Below, piece after piece: positions 51,961 to 64,000 of a stretch of 64,000 bases of DNA; the stretch's first letter is position 1, and the number at the start of each line of letters is the position of its first letter. The DNA is from Thalia democratica (taxonomy: Eukaryota): NCBI GenBank assembly GCA_965202585.1, contig OZ241826.1, positions 98,394,001 through 98,458,000 of the forward strand. The letters are read 5' to 3'. The position numbers were made by a program, and so were the translations under genes. A model generated the notes under the pieces. It had not been told where the DNA came from. It saw only the letters and a program-made list of their open reading frames with translations, and searched no databases.

Positions 51961-53320
51961 AGATTTGTGCTGTTCAATTTTCAGGCATCGTAAATTTGGT
52001 TTAATGAAAAAAATTTAGATATCGATACACTCATCAGTATTTTAAAGAATTTAAACAAATAGATTTTCATTAATCGTTTTTTTTTTCATTTCATTAACAA
52101 AATCAAAAGAATTAACCTAAATTGCATTGAAATAGTTTATGTCGTTTCTGACACTGTATACATGCTTTTTAAAATCTAGTGGAGTAAATTTTATACAATT
52201 GTAAAAAAAACAATTATACTGACAAAACTAGTAGTTTACTTTTATACTTACTTCTTTCTACTTACTTACTACTTCGCGTGTTTTGTCTGGTTTCCTGTTT
52301 CCTGTGAACCCCCTGAAAAAAAAATAAAACAAAAGAGAAAAAAACTCTTAGAATATCACTAAAAACGTTGTTTATTGACTATGTTTTAATTTTTTGATAA
52401 TCTTAAAATTATGTGGGTTAAATTTATAACACTGAAAGATTAAAAAGTTGCAGCAACAATTTTGTTTTTTTTTAATTTTGTTTAGTAAAAATATGTTCCT
52501 GAAATTTCTTTTTATTTTTATAAATTGTTTAATTAACTGTTAAAAGGATATTTTGAGCTAAGAGCTAATAATTCGGTCTTTGTCTAAATGTTCGAAATGT
52601 TAATAATCTTGTATTATTGAAAATACTCAAAATATTTAAAAATTGTTTTACTATAAAACAAAGCGGGTAGTTTTTGTAGTATATTTATAGAACGTTTTTC
52701 TACTTCAATTAGCGTTTTTAGATGTTGTGAATCTGGCATTTGCGAACGAAGCCAATTTTATATACAGAGAATTAAATTTAATGACGCTTTAAATTTCATT
52801 ACACTATGGTAAAACAAACTATAAATTTCTTTTAGCCTACTGGTTTTGATTAAAGATAGTTATCACTAGCATTAAATTAACTTATTTACGCATGTCTCGC
52901 AGTTGTTAAACAAATTAATCAGTAGCAAAGATAAGAATATTTTTTGATAATTGTTACTCAATTCGATTTAATTAAATTTAATCTAAAAGATTTTACCTTA
53001 AAATTGACGGAGTTTTATATATAAAATTGATTAAGTTTAACTGAGATTTAAGCTCATTCTATGAAAAATTAATCGAAACATACTTAAATTTATACTTTGT
53101 TTATTCATATACAACGACTACAACAAGTAAAAGAAGAAAAAAACTATTTATAAATTTTATTGAAACAAAGTTTAAACCGAAGCAGAATTAAAAATTCAGT
53201 TTAAAATATTTTAAATAAGTAATACAATAAAAAAGGAAAGTTAACATTTGTTATACAAGCAAAAACTTTCTAAAGTACCTCAGAGTAATTTTTCAATATA
53301 TAAACGAAAGGAGAAAATAT

Positions 53321-54617
53321 TCATCCTACAGAATCAGACCCGCTTAGAATATGACTTTCGTAATGCGAGCGTTTCGTGTTCGTGTAAAACATGATATAAA
53401 GCTCACCGCTGTCGCGAAAACAAGGCTCATCTTCTTCAAACCACTCATCATCGTCGAACTTGTACCAATTTCCATTCGACACGTTCTTGCATTTGGCAGT
53501 GTAATGATATATCTCTCCATCCAGCGGTATGAAGTTGCATACACCGTACAAATCGTACTTGTCTATTTCTTCATGTCCTTCGTAAAAAGCGTTCATATCA
53601 AGGCCGTTCACAGGGAACTTAATTTTTTCTCGGTCATTTATGTTTGTCCGAGGAACAAAAAAAAATTATAACTGGTGGCAGTCGTGAGATGGTCTTATGG
53701 TTACTTTGTTGATCACCATATTTTAGTGCTAACATACGTTCTAGGTCTAAATATTCACCTGTTTTTTTCGTTTCATCACGCACAAGTCTCACAAACATGT
53801 TTGAGTTTCAATACATATCACCGGGACAAGGTTTGTTTGTTACGAGTTGAAAAATTCTTTGGACTTCAGACGTAATATTTTCACCGCGGCCATCAAATTC
53901 TGAATTTAGATGATTGTGCAAACCGTCATTCAAAAAATAATCACAGAATTGTTTAGCACATTGCGGACCACCGTCCATTAGATTTTCTTCTACAGATAAT
54001 TCTTTAAAGCACTCTCTGAAGTCTATTGGTTCTAGATAGCTATATTGACCGGTCCAAAATCCTTTCAACAAAACGGCAAAACATTGTGCAAGTCTACCAT
54101 TTGTATTACTGTTTCGGTTCAAGTTTTTTTTGTAGTCATTGGATTTAAAATACTTTGCCAGTTCAACCGTTTTAAACATGCATTGGAGTACACAGTTCAT
54201 AAAGCATGAGTTGTCCAAGTTTTTCAAGCCACAAACCCCCTTTTCTAAACTTAAACCGATTCTGTTTTGCTTCACTACGTTTTCTACGTCATCAGATATA
54301 TTTTTATTACCAATTTCCACTTCTTGTTTCTCGTTTTCGCTGGTTTTAATCTCTTCATGACATTTTTTTCAGTTTCGTTCGAAACAACAAAGTTGCTTTT
54401 CAACTCAACTGTACCATTTTTTATTCTCCTATAAAGTAGTTGTTGTTTTTTGATGGAACCCAACGTATTTTCGTATAAAACTTCATCAGGTTGCATGACC
54501 AGCTCTTCTATCACGCTGATGACGTCATCAAACGGGCTTTCGTCGACGTACTTGCACAGACTGTAAATTGATTTGTAAATTCTGAACGTTTTCGTTTCTT
54601 TCTATTCTCACTAGCAT
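53321..54617 (-). pseudogene. Intronless, compact USP (peptidase C19) deubiquitinase with frameshifts and an internal stop
   Basis: Cys box GLKNLDNSCFMNCVLQC (Cys 54204-54206), QQD-like box PQCAKQF...DGLH, then TISRLPPVIIF / KIKFPVNGLDM and a His box YDLYGVCNF...YHYTAKCKN...WYKFDD...YIMFY. Lesions: TGA at 53808-53810, +1 in an A9 run (53657-53665), -1 in a T7 run (54363-54369), and a probable further shift near 54600. Confidence 0.85.
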
Positions 54618-57600
54618 TTCATGAGTTGTATTTAGACTTGAAATTTCGTATCTACGTTTTAAACCTTAACCCACTTTTAGCAGTTCATTTAATGCAGAAG
54701 AGAGGCTACAATGTTTTACTTGAGAATCAATGATTGGATTGTGTTTCACAAAGTTTGTAAGACTCCTGTAAAAGTTAGTTTTTATAAATTTGTTTAGCTG
54801 TTAAAACAAAACTACAAGCTCTCATTTTTCAAAGCCTAGTACTGTAGTTATTAACTTATTCTAGTTCTTACGTTTTATGTTCTCAAATTTAAAATTAAGC
54901 AAGGTTATAAAACAAAAATATATTTAATTTATATTTCTAATTATGATATTATATGGGTTGAAATACATTGTACAAAAGCTCTTAAAAAAACTTTAATAAA
55001 AAAAAGAAAAGAGTTTTCTGTAATTTTTTATACTTTATTGTTTTTCATTTAATTTTATATGTACTTTTTTTTTTGCTTACCAGTTATGGATTTACTTAAA
55101 TAAAAAATCTTAAAGATCGCCTTAAACTTAACTTTCGACAATTTTTTCTAAGTGGAAAATCAAAATTAAGACAATATCTTTTAAGTAATTGTTTAAACTA
55201 TTTTTCATATATGAAAATATGTATAAGCTTGAAAGTTTTTTTTAAATGAATAGTTGTAATATTTCTTATATATTAACATGACTAACTTGTAAATTACTTC
55301 ATCAATATTAAAACTGGTAGTTTACTATCCATATGGTTGTTTACAAATCAAAAACAGTATGTATAAAAACTGCATGTTGAACCGATTGAAATTGGAACTG
55401 CTTAAACAAGAGGAAGATTACTGTATAAATTAGTTCAATAACTCAACACTTGAATAACTTCAATAGGAAAGAAAAGATAAACGTTTTCTTTAGTTTTAGA
55501 AAGGTTTCTATTCGTTTTCTAGCATTAAAGATTTATTACACGCTTATATTAAGCCTTAATATTTTGTATTCTAGAGCACACATTTCAAAAGCGCGCTTAT
55601 AAGCCTTTTTCAAGTTAAGAAAAATATATAAATTAAAGTTTAGGGTTTTTATATATTTTTTTCATTGATAAATAAAATGAAATTAACTTGTTAGGAGCTA
55701 TCAGACCATATATATACAAATAAAACACTTTTTCAAAGTTTTGCTTGTTGTTTGAAGTTAGCCAGCTCTCGTTTAAAACAATGTTTAGTTACAAATCAAG
55801 TAGTAAGAAAATGCTTCAATATTATTTTACAATCTCTTATTTTAAACTTAGATGCGTTGTTTTTGTTTAATCAAAACCAAAAAGAAATTTAAATCAAAAG
55901 TTAGATTTAAAACATTAAGTTTTATTTTAGTCATTAATAAGTTTAAAAAAAAAACTAAAAAGGAAAAAAGGAAATAAACGTATTTAGTATATTAAATTAT
56001 TATTCACAGATAACAACTTACTGACAATAGTTTAAAGTCACGAAAATCAGTTAAAGTTGCCGTGAAAATAAACTTTTTCAGTATTATTTGAACTAAAATA
56101 TTTTTTTTAATGTTCAATAGTTTTTTTGATTTATTTATAAAATATTTTCGACTTGTAAAACTACAAGCCCTGGTCAGATAGTCCTGTACATTACTTTTTT
56201 TTATGGTAACCTAGAATATGGTGTATGTTGAATATAAACTAATGCTTTTGAAAAGGCATAAACACAAGCTATCATTTGTTTTTCATTGTTTTTAAATCTA
56301 CAACTACATGTTTCATAACTCTGTGGTACCCTGTCTACTGTAGACTTTTTGAGTAGCTTATACTTTTACATTGTTTAATTCAGGTTAGTTAAAAGATTTT
56401 GATGAGTTTTAAAATATCATATTTCAATTTATGGCCTAAGAACCCCCTTATTTTCCCTCCCTCATCCCCAGGCTTCTTTTCAGCTCATGAACTTGATTTT
56501 GGCAAAAAAAAACCTTCAAACTTGAGCCAAAATACAAATTTTTGGTCAATTCAGATAAAGTTTTGGTTAGAAATATTTATGACATTTGATAAAATTTTTA
56601 ACACAACATCTTGTTTTCTTATTAAATAAATTTTTAGTAGCATTAATAGTATATAAGTAAATAGAAAAAATTGTATTGTATAAATCTGGAAGTCAATCAT
56701 AAAACTTTAATGAAATTTATTAAAATCCTGTGGCCACCAATTAAAGTATTAAATTTTCAAAATTTGTCTTTAAAATCTAGAATAGTACTTAACAATGCTG
56801 GATAGTTTAATTCTTTAATGAATGTTAATTATTTACAATAAAATATTTAAGATAGACATATCTGGTTTTAAGAAAGATTCATATGTGTAAAGTTAAATCT
56901 TAGTTTAAACATAAACATGAAATAAAAAATTTTGAAATAACAACATTATTATGATATACGACAGTATATAATTAAATCTACATAAGTAAACCAATGATGA
57001 AAGAAGAAATTCATTAGCTAATGCCCACCAGCAATGAAATGGGAAGAATTGATTTCCAACAGTTGTGTGAAGGTTTGTTATTCCATAAATTCTTACTTTT
57101 TTTGTAATTTGGTAACTGTTATACTAGATGAATTATAGAATTATAAGTACTAATATTTTTTAATGAATTTTCATTCTAAAGCATTTGAACAGTTTATAGT
57201 GTCTTAAATTATTTCTCAAAAATTGAGATTTAGTTTAAAAAATTTTAAATAGAATTTATATTTATTGCTATAAAGTTTGTGTAATTATCATATAAAATAT
57301 GATATGATAGTTTTGAAAAATGTAATCACTAAATAATGAAATAAATGTACTTATATAACTTTGGTCTTAGCTAAATTAAATCTCAATACATTTTATGAAA
57401 CCTTAAGGAAAATTTGTGAGGTCTATTTTGTAAATAAGTTTGTTTCAATAAAGTTTTATATAGATTAAGGTTTGTAAGGCTAACTACATTAAGGCTGCTC
57501 TGGTAACAAAAGCTAATTAAAAAAAAATTAGAAAAAAAAAATTTTATTTAAAGTGTTATTTGCAAACCTCAGCATTTTTCCTGAAATTGTTTAAGAAACT

Positions 57601-60600
57601 CCTTTTAACCAATTATTTTTGTTTAACTTCAAATTCTCTTTTAGTTGATAAATTCTATTAACTTAACTTATTTGTTGAAATTGTTGAAGCTTGCTCACCG
57701 ATAGCATTTCACTGTTGTCACTAACAATTTAACATTTGAATTTTTCTATTAAAGTTCAAATAACTCAATTCAAACAATTTTTTTCCCTACAAGAATGTCA
57801 ACTTATGTAGTATGTTTTTTAGAAATGATATAATTCTCTTTATATTGCCAAGCTAAATATAATTATGGCTAATTGGTGTCTAACATTCTACCTTAATTAA
57901 CTTAATCTTGGCTCTTAATCTTACAAGTATGATTTATAATTGTGATTTAATATAGTATATAAAATTAAAGCAACTTATTATGTATAAACATTTATGTAAA
58001 AAGTTGTTAAAACATATATACTTGTTTTTTAACTTGACAAAATCAGATTGGACAAACATAAGGTGTTTTTTAAGAAGTTCCAGAGTTGTAATATATTTAA
58101 TGTGCTAATTAGAACAATAAAAAACAAACTGGTTTGTAAATGTACATTTATCAACTCATCTGAAAATTTAAGAATTATTTTTATAAAAATTGTTTGTCCT
58201 AGAATGTTTTTGTTAATGGATAATAGTATAAAAATCAAAAGTACTTTTTTTTTTGGTTGAAATTCAGTTGCAAAAGTTTTTATATAGTATTTAGAGCTAT
58301 ATAAGTATAATAAAACTATATATTAAGAATTATATATAAACCAAATGGGTTTATAAATGTATATTTAAGAACATGTCTGCAAAATTTTAACTGCTAACAT
58401 AAAAAAGTTTTTGTATGAAATAGCACTTTGTCCATTGTATAAACACTTTGAAAAACTACAGATGGAACGTTTTTAATGGAGGCAAAATTAAAAGCCCACA
58501 AAAAATTTATCTTTTATTTTTTAAGTTTTTGACCTGTATATCTCAATGAAATCTTTTTTGTGCAATATTACAAAGAATATGTTGAAATATAATAAAATTA
58601 TTAATTTAATAGTGACAAATCTTAAGTTTGTAGAAATATAGTCTTATTATATATTTGAAGTTTTTTTCTTTTTATTGATAATGCTCTCTACATCTATAAA
58701 TTTTTATTTGTTAAAGAAAAGTGAAATATTGCATAAGTTAAGTATGTTGTTTTAACAAAATGATAATCATACCAAAAAAACCTCATACACAAGAACATTT
58801 ATTATACAGGTTTTTCAAGAAACACAATTTTATTTGTTTCAACTGTGATGTAATTAAATATTAGTTACAACTAAAAATATTAAAATAATTTGTTTACTTT
58901 GTGTTTGACTTCTTAAAAAAACAGTTTATGATTAAAAATAGTATAGTTGAGGGAGGTTGTTAGGCTGAATTGTATTTAAAATTGTTGGTACATGGTTATA
59001 CTGTACTATCTCATCAGACTTTAGTTACTTATTTGCATAAATTAGTTTTTCTTAATGGGATATAAAATAATGGTATGCTTCTTAGCCCAAAGCTGTACTG
59101 TTGCAGCCAGCTCATTAATTGTAAATAAAGTTGTTTTTAATTTTTATGTTTATTAAGGTCTTGTTTGTTCTTAGTGATTAGAGAAAAAAAATATTCATTT
59201 TGTAGAGGTTTAACAATTTAAATAGCTTAGCTATATAGTAATTTTGGGATTTATAAAAAAAAAAAAAACGAAAACTTTTTACAAAGTTGTTAAAAATAAA
59301 AATAGTTGAAATTAAATCATATTTTAGAAATCAACCAACCGTAACATCCTCCAGTGACAAAGGAAACTAGTCCTGGAAAAGTAACTAGAAACTTTGCAAA
59401 CCAAAGGGGTCCGAGATCTAAACTGACCAAACGATACAAAAGTTAGTTTACTTTGTAATTTAAAGAATTAAAAAATGTATTTATCAAAATACTTCAGTTA
59501 CTCTTGATTTTGTTTGCAAGACGTTTTTTGTTTAATTTAAAAGCACTTTTATAGAATTGAGTATTTAGATTTAAAAGTGTGTTGCATATAGAACTATAAT
59601 TATAATCTTCATATGTTGTTATAAATTAAATTAAAGGAAATTTTTAAGGAAATTTATTTTTAAGATTTTTTAAAATTTTGTTTAATTTTATTTGAATTTA
59701 TCGCTTATTTTAGTTTTTGTTTTGTTATTGTTGCTTATCTTAGTTAAATTACTGATCAACTGTTTTAAATATGTGTTTATGAATTGTGAATGTCTAATTA
59801 ATTTTTGCTCAAGTATGCTAATTAGTGGTAATTGATTTTTTCTGATGTAACCTCTAACTGTTTATGTACTCGAAATTTAATCTTAAAATTAGTTGCTAAC
59901 AAAAGTAGTTGAAAAGCGTTAGCCGAAATCGATTTTATTTGTTGTTTGCTTTAATAAAAGATGCCTTTTTTGATTAAATCCTGTCTTAGATTTTTGTACA
60001 AGATACATTTAACAGATTAAAGTTTTTATCTTGAAAAATTACGTCATAGTTAAAAAAAAAGTTTAGAAAAGAAATCTATCTTTTGGTCATATTAGAATAA
60101 GTTTCCAATAGATAAATCAGGTACAAATTAATCAGAGCTGCCTGGAATTTAACCATCCAGGCAAAAACAAAACTGGAAAAACCTAGAACTTAAAACAAAT
60201 TCACATTTAAAGTAATAAAACTTAGACTAAGTACGAAAAATCTATCATACAAGAATACTTGTATTTAAAGTAGAATCACAATATCTTTGTATTACTTTTA
60301 TGCAATTTAAGAGCTTAAATTTAATTTTTTACTAAATGTAGACTCAAAAACTTGTAACGTAAACTGTAAACTTGTACGAAAACCTGTAAAACTTTAAAAA
60401 AAATTATTGCCAATCCTGAGTAAAAGTATTTTTTATTATTGCAAGGTATTTCCTGTAAAGATAAAGTTTAAGAAACTAAACTTATTTAATAGTTTTACCT
60501 TTGAAAAATAATTTTGCTTATGGTTATTGTAGATTTTATTATTTTCAAAGTCTCTGCATTTAATTTAAATGACATTAAATATGTTTGTTAAGCCGAAACT

Positions 60601-60747
60601 TAATTTTAGGCTAAACGTTTGGCTCATTGTTTAAGTTTATTAAACGTTTTGTATTGTTACATCACTTGTTAAACATTTTTAAGTAAGTTTTTGTTCATTT
60701 CATAGTAGCCAGAATCTTAGAATAATTTAAAGCTTGTTTAAAGTATA

Positions 60748-61593
60748 CAGGGTTCGTGCGCGTCAGGCTAAGTCAGGCTAAATCAGTTTTTTTGAAAAAA
60801 GTTGAAAAACGTCAGGCTAAATCAGTTTTTTTATTTAAAAATTTGAGAATCTCAATTTTTCTCAGTTCAAATGCTTCAAAATTTTTGATTAAAAAGAATT
60901 GAGAAATCTTTTTAAGATCAAATTAAGATGTGAATTCATTTCTAAACAATGATTTAGTTATTAGAGACCAAATCAGTCAGTATTTGTAAAAATAAATGCT
61001 TAAAATCTCTATCTTCGTTATTTTGTTTTGCGTAGATTATATACGTCATAATTATGAAAATTCATAAAAAAATACATTTTAAACGTTAGAGTTTAGTTCA
61101 ACAACTTAGCTGTTTGTTTGAATTTCAATACTCGTGCAAGCATTTCATTTTAAATTTTAATAAAACACGACAATGCACACGTCGTTTTGTTAAAAATCTT
61201 CTGTTTATAATGTTTTTACTTAGTGCTTAATTAAATTGAACAATTGTGTTTAGTAATATATATTAAATTTTTACACTAGTATTAGATATAACACTTGTTT
61301 TAAAACTTATCACTGAATTTGTTATTTTAAGGGCATAGGGGGGTCAATCACCTTTTTCACAATTTTCTTATTTTATTAAGTTGTAACTAAGCTATGAGTT
61401 GCTTTTTGCAGATTTTTAAAGCTCAAAATGTTTTTGAGATAAAGCTAGTTGAAGTCGGAGACTACAATAGTAATAATTAAGACCCCTCAATATCTAAAAT
61501 GACTTCTAAGGGGATTTTCCTTACTTTGAAAAAATGTCAGGCTAAATTGGTCCCAGTCAGGCTAAATGAAGAAAAATTTGCGCACGAACCCTG
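60748..61593. mobile_element. MITE with perfect 14-bp TIRs (CAGGGTTCGTGCGC) and 6-bp TSD (AGTATA)
   Basis: CAGGGTTCGTGCGC at 60748 and GCGCACGAACCCTG ending at 61593. AGTATA is at 60742-60747 and 61594-61599. TCAGGCTAA subterminal repeats occur near both ends in the same orientation. Confidence 0.85.
61331..61520 (+). mobile_element. Left-arm fragment of the 3578-4267 foldback family, nested in the 60748 MITE
   Basis: ttaa|GGGCATAGGGGGGTCAATCA...aactaagcta..gttgctttttgca matches the left arm at 3578-3700. It is preceded by an exact TTAA. Confidence 0.6.
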
Positions 61594-64000
61594 AGTATAG
61601 TTTAATTGTTAGTGTTGACACTTTTTAGTCTTGAATTATTGTTAGAAATAATTAATTTTTATTAATTGAAGCCTTTATTCTAATACTATGTTCTTTATGT
61701 AGTACTGGTTTGTAATCGATATTCCTATTTAATAAAACTTTATTTTACAATAAGTTTTGTAAATTTAACAAAAAATAATGATTAAAAATTGTATAGTAGT
61801 ACACTTTAACAAATTTTGTTTGCTTTTATTATAACTTCCGCCAGTTTTAACTAACATTTTAAAATAAAATTAAGAGACGACTGTGAATAATCTTTTAAAT
61901 TTTTTATATAGTTGGTTGTTATATGTAGTTATTTATTACTTATTTATGATATACTAGTTAAAATTTCATAAAAAGTACCAACGTATGTAACAGAAATGGA
62001 CGACATTGAAACAACTTGGCAGACGAAAAATGACAGTTGGCAGACGAAAAATGATGGCAGCTTCTTCATTTTTTTAATTGTTTTTTAATGTTATTGTCAA
62101 TAAAATTATGATTAACTTAAAATGGCCTTTTTTTTTGTTTAAATGATAAAACTTGATTGCTCTTTTAAGGGTTTATTTATAAAATGGATTTTTTGTACCT
62201 AAGTTACTAAAATTATACATATAAGTAAATTTAGTTTAAAAGTTTGCTAATGTCATAAGTAATGTCTACCTTGTTATGAAAAGTTTTTCTTCTCGCATAA
62301 TTCAAGCAGTTATTTCTAATAAATTAAATGTAAATTCCGCTTACAAGGTTAATGAGGTTTTTTACGTAAAGCTCAAAATAAAAGGAAAACAAGAGCGTTT
62401 GAGTTTAGTTTTATCGATTGCTACATAAAATTTAATTCATAGTTAGGTATTTGAAAGACAATAATCATTAGCTACCTAATGTGATAAGTGAAAATATAGT
62501 TGAAATGTTTTTGATAGATGTAGTTGATTTTAAAAATCTGTTTTGTGGGCCGGGCTTGTTTAAATAAAGATATTAATAGACCGAGTATTTATTAAAGGAC
62601 TAAATTAATTAAACATCGTTGTACAAAAGTTCAAAACAGGGGTTTTGTATAAATTGTTGGCAAGTTTTTCTTAAAATATCTGCTCGCGTGAATTACTGTC
62701 TAGAAGAGCGTTCCGCGGGTCTTAGTTAAAATGTACGCAATTTGTTGATTCCTAAAATGAGAGTACGCTTGTTAATAATTGATAATAAAGATTATGTTTA
62801 ATCATATCGGGCTAGATATCTAGTACAATGTCTAGCAGTTAAAAAATTTGATCCGGTTAGGTCTTTTCTAAATATAGTAAAACATTTAAATGATCCAAGT
62901 TATTAGACCGTCTATAATGACTTTTATCATAATATATGACTTTTATTGTGTTCTATAAAAGTAAGTTAGCATATTTAGAAATAAGTTGAACTTATTTAGT
63001 CTGATTTTATGTCTAATAAAACTGTAGAATTATTTAAACCGCTAAGACTGATGTGAAGTAGAAGATAGTTAGCCCTACTAAACATTTTTTGTGGATGTCT
63101 ATTGATTACCGCTGAACTAACTTCTAATTTGTTTTCAAAAATATTTCTATGTACACAAATACTCATCTAAACAAAGCAGCACTTTTAAACTATTTCAATT
63201 AGGGTATAAGTTGAGTTATAGAATTGACTTTTAAAATTATGATTTTGTCTTTAAATAAACATCATTATACTTTTGTTGATTCATCACGAGCGCATTGAAA
63301 ATAAAACCTTTGAATTTTTGTTCAATCAAAATTTATTTTTGCTTATCGAAGTACATAAAGATGCAACTATAATTAGTCTGTTAAAATGCAACACTTTTGT
63401 TAAATGTATTAATGAGCTTTAAAACCGTTTTTTATTTTAAGGTTTCTGTTTTGGTTGCAAAATAACTTAAATCGCACAACTTTGTGTAAAAACTTATAAA
63501 TGTTAGAAATGAAATACCTAAGCTGGTAAATTTTTAAACTACTGACAATAACTGAATACATTTTTCTACAAAAATTTGTTTAAATAATGAACTTTCATGA
63601 TGCTTTATCGATATTATCTAAAAACAACTCTTACAAACGTAGTCTTGGTACAGTCTCAGCTGTAAATTTTAAGGTCTTGGCAACTTAAACCTGTACTAAC
63701 TTGTTTGTATTCTTCAGTTTATTACCTTTGAAAATGGTCCATGTTTCGTTAATAATGATTAATAATTCAAAATTACCATTTTAATTTCTTATTTATACAT
63801 GACTTAGAAAATACAGTTTAATATATTTTCACGATTTAATTTAAAGCTTTCAAAAACAATATTTTTATATTAAAAAATATACACCAACCTTTTTCAAAAT
63901 TCCTGAACAATAGCAACGATACGTTGAAGAATTTGAAATTGTATATACTCAAACTATAAAAAAAATAACAGTTGAAACTATACGAAAAATGGCTTAACTA

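Noticed and set aside
4483-58260. Remaining AT-rich ORFs in the track (e.g. 4483+, 4527-, 7898+, 11260+, 22547-22932, 24384+, 35212+, 38071+, 38923-, 40996-, 56399+, 58029-58260)
   Set aside because: Their F/L/K/I/N-biased composition is typical of random AT-rich or MITE sequence, with no domains. Several lie inside repeats.
57031-59451. Possible first exon MPTSNEMGRIDFQQLCEG at 57031 and an exon near 59326-59451
   Set aside because: Splicing them gives an immediate stop, and all three frames of the second segment contain stops.
61996-62088. 30-aa sORF with a 21-bp tandem duplication (WQTKND x2)
   Set aside because: Too short and without homology. A simple local duplication explains it.

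Overview
Very AT-rich eukaryotic (most likely invertebrate animal) genomic DNA. It has GT-AG introns and a dense background of non-autonomous DNA transposons; I see no prokaryotic operons, rRNA, canonical tRNA or CRISPR. Main content: (1) a spliced gene at about 27.4-31.8 kb encoding TWO divergent PRD-class-like homeodomains, produced by a recent intragenic duplication of a three-exon unit of about 1.3 kb. The ORF track shows only fragments of it. (2) Four intronless, GC-richer genes of ubiquitin/ADP-ribosylation type: a RING finger protein, a PARP-like ADP-ribosyltransferase without an evident catalytic Glu, a BACK-Kelch protein with a frameshift, and a compact USP deubiquitinase with frameshifts and a stop. 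(3) A 432-bp tandem array at 45.2-48.0 kb in which each unit is an imperfect inverted repeat of two convergent tRNA-like A/B-box heads. (4) A degenerate Penelope-type minimal hammerhead ribozyme. (5) A decayed Gypsy-like gag/protease, hAT-like MITEs with 8-bp TSDs, CAGGG-ended MITEs with 6-bp TSDs, long-arm foldback elements and one three-level nested insertion. All alignments and translations were done by eye. Family assignments rest on motif recognition, not database searches.
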